From: an uncultured Bacteroidales bacterium
Lineage (GTDB): Bacteria > Bacteroidota > Bacteroidia > Bacteroidales > JAIOZK01
Assembly: GCA_964611705.1 (NCBI GenBank)
Contig: CAZTAW010000001.1
Coordinates: 1 to 41,575 of the forward strand
Direction of reading: 5' to 3'
Length of the DNA: 41,575 bases
Below are positions 1 to 6,917 of the stretch, one piece after another. The notes beneath the pieces were generated by a model. The model was not told where the DNA came from. It did no database searches and saw only the letters and a program-made list of their open reading frames with translations. A program made the translations under genes and the position numbers. Each line of letters opens with the position of its first letter. The first letter of the stretch is position 1.

Positions 1-221
1 AATATAAATCTCTGGAAAAAGTCTTAAATCCGAAATTTCCTATATTAATTACATACGGAGATAATGATATTTATGGAGATAGTAAAGGCGAGCTACCTAA
101 AAGATTTCCAACCGCAAATATTAAAACAATTCAAGGAAGTGGACACATTCCATGGAAACATAATTACATCGAATTTAAAAAAATATTGATTGAATTTTAT
201 AATATAAAAGCCAGCAGGTAA
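1..221 (+). CDS. alpha/beta-fold hydrolase, C-terminal fragment (5' end outside window)
   Basis: The frame is open from the window edge (codons from nt 3) to TAA 219-221. Translation reads ...KFPILITYGDNDIYGDSKGELPKRFPTANIKTIQGSGHIPWKHNYIEFKKILIEFYNIKASR. The ILITYGDND strand plus the GSGH(I)P block match the Asp/His end of the alpha/beta-hydrolase triad. It is absent from the ORF track because it has no in-window start. Confidence 0.65.
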   Translation, partial: YKSLEKVLNPKFPILITYGDNDIYGDSKGELPKRFPTANIKTIQGSGHIPWKHNYIEFKKILIEFYNIKASR

Positions 222-287
222 CAATCTGTCAGTTTTATCATTGGCAACTTGGTTTCTCGCACTAAAGCGTTTAGATTTGTATAACAA

Positions 288-361
288 GAGCCGTATGACG
301 GGAGACTGTCACGTACGGTTCCGTGAGAGGCTCGGGGTGAAAATCCCCTTGCCTACTCGAC
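288..361 (+). mobile_element. group II intron remnant: domains V and VI only (5'-truncated, no IEP, no domains I-IV)
   Basis: 288-321 GAGCCGTATGACGGGAGACTGTCACGTACGGTTC matches the 34-nt domain V consensus. It has the lower helix GAGCCGUA/UACGGUUC with the AGC triad, a 2-nt bulge, an upper helix and a GAGA (GNRA) tetraloop. 326-358 forms domain VI (GAGAGGC...GCCU[A]CUC) with bulged A355 seven nt before ...GAC 361 (AY end). Only 66 nt separate it from the upstream stop codon. Confidence 0.8.
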
Positions 362-382
362 ACGTAACCGTTATGCCCTATG

Positions 383-490
383 TTATACCGATTCGGAACA
401 GGTTTGCAATAATTGATCTTATGCTCCAATCGGTATAACTGCATCTAACAGAAAAATGCTTTGCATTTTTTGTAAGATTCAGTATAAAAT
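383..490 (+). repeat. 108-bp structured dispersed repeat, copy A (MITE-like or small RNA-like)
   Basis: It matches 7970-8077 at 100 of 108 positions with no gaps, in the same orientation. TTATACCGATT (383-393) pairs perfectly with AATCGGTATAA (428-438). A third, imperfect inverted copy GATTCAGTATAA lies at the 3' end. An AT-rich hairpin AAAAATGC-TTT-GCATTTTT sits between them. Confidence 0.85.
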
Positions 491-532
491 GAAGACATCC
501 GTCATTATCACAAAAATTGCTATCTTTGAAAT

Positions 533-823
533 GTGACAAAACGTGAAGACATCATATCAAAACTAAATGAATTAAAGCCCTGGCTTCAGAAGGAATATTT
601 TGTAAGGGAGATTGGTTTGTTTGGCTCGTTTGCAGACAACACCCAGACAGATGAAAGTGATATCGATATTCTCGTTGAGCTGGAAAAACCCATTGGTTGG
701 AAGTTTTTTTCGCTTGAGCTTTATCTTGAAAAGATTTTTAACCGGAAGATTGACCTGGTAACCAAAAAAGCATTGAAAGAGCAAATCCGTGACAAAATTC
801 TGAATAATGTAAAATACGTGTAG
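533..823 (+). CDS. mntA: minimal nucleotidyltransferase (MNT/MntA-type antitoxin of a HEPN-MNT pair)
   Basis: GTG-start ORF of 96 aa. GLFGSFADN...ESDIDILVE matches the GS...DxD NTP_transf_2 signature. Its stop TAG 821-823 lies 1 nt before the downstream HEPN gene. Confidence 0.85.
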   Translation: MTKREDIISKLNELKPWLQKEYFVREIGLFGSFADNTQTDESDIDILVELEKPIGWKFFSLELYLEKIFNRKIDLVTKKALKEQIRDKILNNVKYV

Positions 824-824
824 C

Positions 825-1187
825 TTGAAAAAGAAAGACAGAATATACACGATGTATCTCCAGGATATACTGACCAGTATAGACAGGATTAGCCAGTACA
901 TTGAAGGTTTAAGTTTCAGGCAGTTTAAGCAAGACTATAAGACAGTTGACGCAGTTATCAGGAATTTTGAAATTATTGGAGAAGCCACTAAAAATCTACC
1001 TGATGAAATAAAGTCAAAATACCAAGAAGTTCCCTGGGCTGAAATGTATTTGTTGAGAAACAAAATATCTCACGAATACTTTGGTGTTGATTATGAGATT
1101 ATCTGGGATGTGGCCGTTAACTACCTTCCGGAAAACAAAAAACAAATCGAAGCAATTTTAAGTGAAGAAGAAAAAACAGGGCCATAA
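825..1187 (+). CDS. hepT: HepT-like HEPN ribonuclease toxin (DUF86)
   Basis: LLRNKISHEY contains the Rx4H HEPN motif. Size and position directly after the MNT gene are typical. The start is TTG 825, with an alternative ATG at 852. Confidence 0.85.
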   Translation: MKKKDRIYTMYLQDILTSIDRISQYIEGLSFRQFKQDYKTVDAVIRNFEIIGEATKNLPDEIKSKYQEVPWAEMYLLRNKISHEYFGVDYEIIWDVAVNYLPENKKQIEAILSEEEKTGP

Positions 1188-1208
1188 CAGCACCTAAGAA
1201 AACATGGG

Positions 1209-1240
1209 GCGGAAAGTGGTTTCCGCAAGTTTCGTTCTTC
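1209..1240 (+). terminator. possible intrinsic terminator after hepT
   Basis: GCGGAAA-GTGG-TTTCCGC forms a 7-bp stem (1209-1226), followed by a moderately T-rich tail AAGTTTCGTTCTTC. Confidence 0.4.
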
Positions 1241-1516
1241 GTGGCTAACTTTGTCACAGGCGGACAGGTAAACACTTCGAAAATCCCCACGTTATTTAGC
1301 TGCGGCACGTTGCCTGCTATTAATGAAAAGGAACCATGAACAGACAAGAAGCTGAAATAAGATTAAAAAACATATTTAGATTTGACTATTTTTATGACGA
1401 GCAATGGGTGCCACACAGTTTTTATTTTCAACCAAAATCATACATCAATACAATGGTTTTGGATTACAAAACAAGATAAGGGCTGGCCATAAAGTTAATA
1501 GCACTCATTTGTAAAT

Positions 1517-2839
1517 TCAATATTCGATATTCCAGGAGATATACTCACTGAAAAGTCCCTCAATCTCCCTGTGTACTTCTTCCTCATCAGGATTAATGTC
1601 AAATACAACAGAAGGCTTAAGATAATGCAGATGGTTTTCTTTTTTAAAGCGCTCTTCTCCTCCGCCGGTAATATTAAGCATGATGATGGCATCTTTTTCA
1701 ACTTTGTTTTGCCTGACTGCCTGAAGAAGCGTTGCTGTTGCGATGGCAGCGGCCGGATGCAGATCAATGCCTTCGGTTTTAATAAAGAGGTCGTTGGCAA
1801 TGATGGCTTCTTCGTTATTGGCAATCAATACTTCCCCGCCTGCATCCGTCATGGCATCAAAAAGTCCCCCGATAACTGAATAGGGTGGTTTGCGGTTGGA
1901 AAGCACTTTCGCTGTTATCTCGGCAACCTGCTTACGGGCTACCTCATCATCCATAGCAAGTATTTCCCTCGATCCGGCTTGCCAGGCATCATGAATGGGG
2001 GTGAAGGGATAGTTTTGCGATACCATCAGTTTCATTTTGTTATTGCCGAAACGGCCATCTTCTATCAATCTCAAGTTTGCTTCCCAGGCTGCAATGGCGC
2101 CTGTTCCGCTTCCGATTGCCTGGAAATAATAATCAGGAATCCGGCCAATGGTAGTTGCAGCAGAAAGAACCGTTGTCCCCATTCCATCACGGCGCGCTAC
2201 ATTTTTTGCCCCTCCCTCGGGAATAAAATGCTCGTTGTTGCAAGCCAGATTGGATAAGTGGATAGCATCGAAATAATCGCTTCCCTTGCGCGGTACAATA
2301 AGTTTTACATTATCCTTGATAGGCTCATCAAACCATAATACATCCATTGTATCTTCAGGTACACATAATAAAAGTGGTATATCATTGTCGGAACAAACCC
2401 TTGCAAATGCCCTCGCTGTATTGCCTGCTGATGCTACAACCAAAATTTTCTTCTGCTCATCATTCATTCTGGCGCAAACCGAATAAGCCTCGGTTTCTTT
2501 AAAAGAGCATGTTTTCATCAGGCAGTCCTTTTCAGGCCAGTACCCGCTAAAAGTGATATAAAGGTTTTCGAGCTCAAGTTCTTTGGCAAGATTTTCACTT
2601 TTATATGTAACAGGGGCATAAGATCCTTCAAGCATGCGGCTGATCGGCAGCCAGTCGTGGAATTTATAAATGCCGAAATCTTCCCCTTTAACATCAATTT
2701 GTTTCTTATCATATTTTGCCCTGATAAGGCAGGGCAATTCCTCATCCGGTGCATTTAAAATCCAGCCCTTGTCTTCGAATATCTTTTGCGATCCAAGCGA
2801 TTCAAGCTGATACTTTGTTTTTATGAATTCTTTTGCCAT
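1517..2839 (-). CDS. PLP-dependent threonine-synthase-fold enzyme, probably cysteate synthase
   Basis: 440 aa with an SFKETEA lysine block, ASAGNTARAF and a GSGTG loop (fold-type II PLP). The N-terminal region with ...ITFSGYWPEK... resembles cysteate synthase (TIGR03844-type) rather than ThrC. The assignment is from memory of the family. Confidence 0.6.
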   Translation of the reverse strand: MAKEFIKTKYQLESLGSQKIFEDKGWILNAPDEELPCLIRAKYDKKQIDVKGEDFGIYKFHDWLPISRMLEGSYAPVTYKSENLAKELELENLYITFSGYWPEKDCLMKTCSFKETEAYSVCARMNDEQKKILVVASAGNTARAFARVCSDNDIPLLLCVPEDTMDVLWFDEPIKDNVKLIVPRKGSDYFDAIHLSNLACNNEHFIPEGGAKNVARRDGMGTTVLSAATTIGRIPDYYFQAIGSGTGAIAAWEANLRLIEDGRFGNNKMKLMVSQNYPFTPIHDAWQAGSREILAMDDEVARKQVAEITAKVLSNRKPPYSVIGGLFDAMTDAGGEVLIANNEEAIIANDLFIKTEGIDLHPAAAIATATLLQAVRQNKVEKDAIIMLNITGGGEERFKKENHLHYLKPSVVFDINPDEEEVHREIEGLFSEYISWNIEY

Positions 2840-2867
2840 GCTAAAATCTGATTACATTTTGAATTGG

Positions 2868-2875
2868 CAAATTTA
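2868..2875 (-). promoter_or_regulatory. Bacteroidota -7 promoter box (TAAATTTG)
   Basis: Matches TAnnTTTG and lies 28 nt upstream of ATG 2839. Confidence 0.4.
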
Positions 2876-2958
2876 ACAATTTCAGCTTTTAATGATTATT
2901 ATTCTTTTGTGAATTCAACATGACATTCTGACTGGGGTATATAATATAAATATATTGG

Positions 2959-2966
2959 TATGTTTG
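2959..2966 (+). promoter_or_regulatory. Bacteroidota -7 promoter box (TATGTTTG)
   Basis: Matches TAnnTTTG and lies 26 nt upstream of ATG 2993. It overlaps the ORF-track start at 2960, which argues for the downstream start. Confidence 0.4.
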
Positions 2967-2992
2967 TTGTAAAATCGGACAAAAATTATATA

Positions 2993-3391
2993 ATGAAAAT
3001 TTTAGCTATAAATTTTAATGGGCCAAAGAAAGTTTTTGCCGATGTTGATGGCTTTACAATTAAAACCGATCAGCATCCGCGTTCGGGAGGCGAAGGAGAG
3101 TTCCCCGAGCCATTTACATTGTTCCTGGCATCTCTGGGAACTTGTGCTGGAGTTTATGTTAAATCTTTTTGCGATCAACGTGGTATCCCCACGGAAAACA
3201 TCAAACTGAAGCAGGAACAACAATTCAATCCCATAAAAAAGATCATTGATAAGATATTAGTTGAAATTTATGTACCTGATGATTTTCCTGAAAAATATGA
3301 AAAGGCGATGGTGCATTCTGCAAGTTTATGCGCAGTCAAGAAACATTTGAAAGATGATATCGGGGTAGATATTCAGGTAATACGATCATAA
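2993..3391 (+). CDS. OsmC/Ohr family peroxiredoxin-like protein
   Basis: About 132 aa with the two conserved Cys blocks SLGTCAG and ASLCAVKKH. The start is set at MKILAINF. Confidence 0.75.
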   Translation: MKILAINFNGPKKVFADVDGFTIKTDQHPRSGGEGEFPEPFTLFLASLGTCAGVYVKSFCDQRGIPTENIKLKQEQQFNPIKKIIDKILVEIYVPDDFPEKYEKAMVHSASLCAVKKHLKDDIGVDIQVIRS

Positions 3392-3399
3392 TCCGTTAT

Positions 3400-3407
3400 T
3401 AACTTTG
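3400..3407 (+). promoter_or_regulatory. Bacteroidota -7 promoter box (TAACTTTG)
   Basis: Matches TAnnTTTG. It lies 16 nt before TTG 3424 and 55 nt before ATG 3463. Confidence 0.35.
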
Positions 3408-3462
3408 ATCAAAATATTTCATCTTGAAAAAGAAAAAAAAGAAAGGTAAAGACAAGGATCCA

Positions 3463-4641
3463 ATGCCTGCAAAAATGTATGGCAATGTAAATCAAAGTGA
3501 GGATTTTAAAATCTATGGCCCTCAGTATATTGATAAGGAAACCATACAACAGATGCGGGATGCCATGAATTTGCCCGTATGCGTTAAAGGCGCATTAATG
3601 GCAGATGCGCATCTGGGCTACGGATTACCCATCGGAGGGGTTGTGGCAACCTACAACGCAGTGATGCCATATGGTGTGGGAATGGATATTGCCTGCCGGA
3701 TGTCCATGTCGGTATATCCGATGAAATCAGGTTTTATTGAAAAAAACAAGGATCATCTGAAAAAGATCCTCATTGAAAACACCCGTTTCGGGCATGCCGA
3801 ATTCAATGATATTGGAGAACATGAACTCATGGAAAGGGAGGAATTCCGGGAGATTGAATTCCTGAAATCACTGAAAGATAATTTTTACAGGCAACTTGGT
3901 ACATCAGGTCATGGCAACCATTTTGTTGATCTTGGATATCTGGAAATCAAAGAACATATTCCAAAATTTAACCTGGAACCGGGAAAATATTTTGCCATTT
4001 TATCCCACTCAGGTTCGCGGAATTTCGGCGCTGAAATAGCCCGGCATTATACCAAAATTGCCAAAAAGAAATTGAACCTGGAAGGGACTGCATCACAACT
4101 GGCCTGGCTGGATATTCAATCTGAAGAAGGCCGGGAATACTGGAAAGCCATGAACCTTGCAGGCGACTATTCGGCTGCCAATCACAGCATTATTCATAAT
4201 AAATTAGCAAACGCGTTGGGTGAAAAACCATTGTGCAGTATTGAAAACCATCATAATTTTGCCTGGGAAGAAAAACTCTCCGAAAATGAAAGCCTGATCA
4301 TTCACAGAAAAGGAGCCACTCCGGCCGGGGAAAATGACTGGGGTATTATTCCCGGGAATATGGTTTCACCGGCATTTGTTGTTCAGGGAAAAGGCAATCC
4401 CGAATCATTGAACTCTGCTTCGCATGGGGCCGGCAGGGTGATCTCGAGACGAAAGGCAAAGAAAATTTTACACAGGTCTTCTTTAAAGAAAATAATCCAT
4501 GAAGCCGGTATTGAACTTATCGGAGGGGGACTGGACGAATCCCCTGTAGTTTATAAGGATATCGAAAAAGTAATGGAAGCCCAGAAAGAACTGGTTGAGG
4601 TGAAAGGCTGTTTTGTTCCGGGGATTGTGAGGATGGAGTAA
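3463..4641 (+). CDS. rtcB: RtcB family RNA 3'-phosphate/5'-OH ligase
   Basis: RtcB blocks are present: MADAHLGYGLPIGG, GHGNHF, SHSGSRNFG, ENHHNFA, HRKGATP, SASHGAGR. ATG 3463 gives spacing to the DAH block close to my recollection of E. coli RtcB. The ORF track's TTG 3424 would add a poly-Lys extension. Confidence 0.9.
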   Translation: MPAKMYGNVNQSEDFKIYGPQYIDKETIQQMRDAMNLPVCVKGALMADAHLGYGLPIGGVVATYNAVMPYGVGMDIACRMSMSVYPMKSGFIEKNKDHLKKILIENTRFGHAEFNDIGEHELMEREEFREIEFLKSLKDNFYRQLGTSGHGNHFVDLGYLEIKEHIPKFNLEPGKYFAILSHSGSRNFGAEIARHYTKIAKKKLNLEGTASQLAWLDIQSEEGREYWKAMNLAGDYSAANHSIIHNKLANALGEKPLCSIENHHNFAWEEKLSENESLIIHRKGATPAGENDWGIIPGNMVSPAFVVQGKGNPESLNSASHGAGRVISRRKAKKILHRSSLKKIIHEAGIELIGGGLDESPVVYKDIEKVMEAQKELVEVKGCFVPGIVRME

Positions 4642-4666
4642 ATACTTTGATAGCTTTTTATATGGC

Positions 4667-4706
4667 ACGCGGATGACGCGGATTTGACTGATGGTTACGG
4701 ATTTTT
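4667..4706 (+). repeat. degenerate 9-nt periodic (N)CGGAT/TGAT repeat, about 4 units
   Basis: ACGCGGATG ACGCGGATT TGACTGATG GTTACGGAT TTTT. CGCGGAT recurs exactly at 4668 and 4677. The tract lies in the convergent gap after rtcB. Confidence 0.5.
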
Positions 4707-4812
4707 CAATTTATTAAATTCCGAAATATTTGATAATTAATAATAAAAGGGAAACAATTTTGCCTGCATGATTTTATCTAATTCGGGCGTGCTTGAGCAA
4801 CACAATGTGATA

Positions 4813-5250
4813 TTAATCCGGACTATACGTTAGTGACAAATAGTGATCTGGTGCATAAAATGTATGTTCTGTTTGATATGAACGGCTTCCAACCTCTATA
4901 TCAATGATCACCTTATAACCGCCACTGAAGCTTATAGGCGAAGCAACATCAATGGTAAGTGTCAGGTCATCATCCATAAACTCATCCAGGGCGTAATCAT
5001 ATGAACCTGTGTATTCCCTCAAGGTGCCTGTATTTGAAGGAAGCTCTGTTGAAATTCTATCTTTACCTCTGATTTTTGTATAGCAAAGAGTAGAGGAGTT
5101 TGTCAAGTTTTTATAGTCAATAGATATATTATAGTTCACAGTTGCATATTCCACAGGATCATCATCTTTGCCAGGGGAAGATGAGTCTATTTCACAGGCT
5201 GAAAAGAAAAGAATCGTACCGAATATAAAAGCTTGCCAGGTTTTTTTCAT
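4813..5250 (-). CDS. hypothetical lipoprotein
   Basis: MKKTWQAFIFGTILFFSAC gives a signal peptide plus lipobox Cys. I recognise no domain. It lies downstream of comM on the same strand. Confidence 0.65.
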   Translation of the reverse strand: MKKTWQAFIFGTILFFSACEIDSSSPGKDDDPVEYATVNYNISIDYKNLTNSSTLCYTKIRGKDRISTELPSNTGTLREYTGSYDYALDEFMDDDLTLTIDVASPISFSGGYKVIIDIEVGSRSYQTEHTFYAPDHYLSLTYSPD

Positions 5251-5317
5251 TTGCACATATTTTTGATATTGTTAAACAAAGTAACAAATAATGTTTTTTG
5301 TTTCAAAATCTATAAAA

Positions 5318-6856
5318 TCAACTCCCCCACGTCTCCCTGTCCAAACTACGGTAATGAATGGCTTCGGCAAGGTGCTCGGTTTTGATATCCGGGCTTTGGT
5401 CCAGGTCGGCGATGGTGCGGGAAACTTTTAATATGCGGTCGTATGCACGGGCGGAAAGGCTAAGCTTTTCCATGGCGTTCTTCAGCAACTGATGTCCTGC
5501 TTCACCAATTTTGCAAATCTTTCTGAGCTGTTTGCTCGACATTTGTGCATTACTGTGAATACCTTCAAATTCATTAAATCTTTCTTCCTGTATCTCCCTT
5601 GCCTTCACCACCCTTTCCCTGATCAGATTTGATTTTTCCCCTTCCCTTGATTCCGTTAGTTCTTTAAAGGGAACCGGAACTACCTCAACATGAATATCAA
5701 TACGATCAAGCAGTGGACCTGAAATTTTGTTGAGGTATTTTTGAACCAGTCCCGGCGGGCAACTGCATTCATGTTCAGGGTGGTTATAATACCCGCATGG
5801 ACAGGGATTCATAGCAGCGATAAGCATGAAGCTGGCAGGGTATTCCACCGTAAGTTTTGCCCTGGAAATGGTAACAATCCTGTCTTCCATGGGTTGCCGC
5901 ATCACTTCAAGCACAGTTCGTTTAAATTCCGGTAATTCATCCAGAAAGAGAACACCATTATGGGAAAGGGAAATTTCACCGGGTTGTGGATAGGTGCCTC
6001 CACCCACAAGCCCTGCATCACTGATTGTATGATGCGGCGACCTGAACGGCCTCACGGAGATCAGGCTGGTTTCCTTGTGCATCTTTCCTGCTACCGAATG
6101 AATCTTTGTGGTTTCCAGCGCTTCATGCAAATTCAGCGGAGGCAGAATAGAAGGTAAGCGTTTTGCCAGCATGGTTTTTCCTGAACCGGGAGGACCGATC
6201 AAAATGGCATTGTGACCGCCGCTGGCGGCAATCTCCAGCGCCCTTTTAATGTTTTCCTGACCTTTTACATCTGCAAAGTCGAATTCATAATCGTTCAGGC
6301 TGTTGTAAAATTCTTCCCTTGTATTGACTTCCACTTTCTCAAGTTCTATATCACTATTAAAAAAATCAATGACCTCCCTGATGGTTTCAACTCCGAAGAC
6401 ATTCAAATCTGCAACAATGGCAGCCTCCCTTGCATTTTGTTTCGGAAGTATGAATCCGTCAAAACCTTCCTTCCTGGCTTGTATGGCAATGGGCAGAGCG
6501 CCCCTGACAGGCTGCAAACCACCATCCAGCGAAAGCTCTCCCATGATAATATATTTTTCAACGTTTTCTGCTTTGATCTGTTCCGAAGCTGCCAAAATAC
6601 CTGTTGCTATGGTCAGGTCGTAAGCCGATCCTTCTTTTCGTATGTCAGCAGGGGCCATATTGATGGTGATCTGTTTACCGGGTATTTTGTATCCGTTATT
6701 GCTCAGGGCAGCTTCAATCCTTTGTTGGCTTTCTTTTACGGCGCTGTCGGGTAATCCTACCATGTGAAACATCACACCGCGACTTATATTTACCTCAACT
6801 GTAATGGTAATGGCATTTACGCCAATAATAGAACTCCCAAATGTTTTAACCAGCAT
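5318..6856 (-). CDS. comM: YifB/ComM family Mg-chelatase-like AAA+ ATPase
   Basis: It has the N-terminal ChlI/Lon-S16-like domain (MLVKTFGSSIIGVNA...), Walker A GPPGSGKT, Walker B VLFLDE and a C-terminal ...ARAYDRILKVSRTIADL block. Confidence 0.92.
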   Translation of the reverse strand: MLVKTFGSSIIGVNAITITVEVNISRGVMFHMVGLPDSAVKESQQRIEAALSNNGYKIPGKQITINMAPADIRKEGSAYDLTIATGILAASEQIKAENVEKYIIMGELSLDGGLQPVRGALPIAIQARKEGFDGFILPKQNAREAAIVADLNVFGVETIREVIDFFNSDIELEKVEVNTREEFYNSLNDYEFDFADVKGQENIKRALEIAASGGHNAILIGPPGSGKTMLAKRLPSILPPLNLHEALETTKIHSVAGKMHKETSLISVRPFRSPHHTISDAGLVGGGTYPQPGEISLSHNGVLFLDELPEFKRTVLEVMRQPMEDRIVTISRAKLTVEYPASFMLIAAMNPCPCGYYNHPEHECSCPPGLVQKYLNKISGPLLDRIDIHVEVVPVPFKELTESREGEKSNLIRERVVKAREIQEERFNEFEGIHSNAQMSSKQLRKICKIGEAGHQLLKNAMEKLSLSARAYDRILKVSRTIADLDQSPDIKTEHLAEAIHYRSLDRETWGS

Positions 6857-6917
6857 ATGCGATTTAATTGGTTCTATTTACCTATGCTGTTTTTTTGGAA
6901 AAAGTTCCCGCTTTCTC

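Noticed and set aside
241-438. 65-aa ORF (+) from the track
   Set aside because: It is a read-through translation of group II intron domains V-VI plus the 108-bp repeat. It has no independent coding evidence.
521-528. TATCTTTG box 4 nt before the GTG start of the MNT gene
   Set aside because: It matches TAnnTTTG but would imply a leaderless GTG-initiated mRNA. That is too uncertain to list as a promoter.
1206-1290. Possible structured RNA (GGGG...CCCC closing pair with an internal GCGGAAA/TTTCCGC hairpin)
   Set aside because: Beyond the one hairpin, which I annotated as a possible terminator, the other helices need many mismatches. It has no cloverleaf and no known motif.
1337-1480. 47-aa ORF MNRQEAEIRLKNIFRFDYFYDEQW... 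as a RecQ-like helicase N-terminal remnant
   Set aside because: Only a loose L.K.F.FD.F...Q pattern matches. No Walker A follows in any frame. This is too weak to annotate without a profile search.
3424-3462. TTG-initiated poly-lysine N-terminal extension of RtcB (MKKKKKKGKDKDP)
   Set aside because: ATG 3463 gives an N-terminal length close to what I recall for characterised RtcB. The extension is just an A-rich tract. I keep it only as an alternative start.
6212-6754. 180-aa ORF antisense to comM. Similar long antisense ORFs occur at 9561-10244 (in nadE), 17467-17862 (in trmB), 21631-22191 (in the GH3 gene) and 34282-34845 (in the sigma gene).
   Set aside because: Each lies wholly within a confidently identified gene on the opposite strand. 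They have low-complexity or odd composition and no recognisable motifs. Stop-poor antisense frames of this kind are a common artefact.
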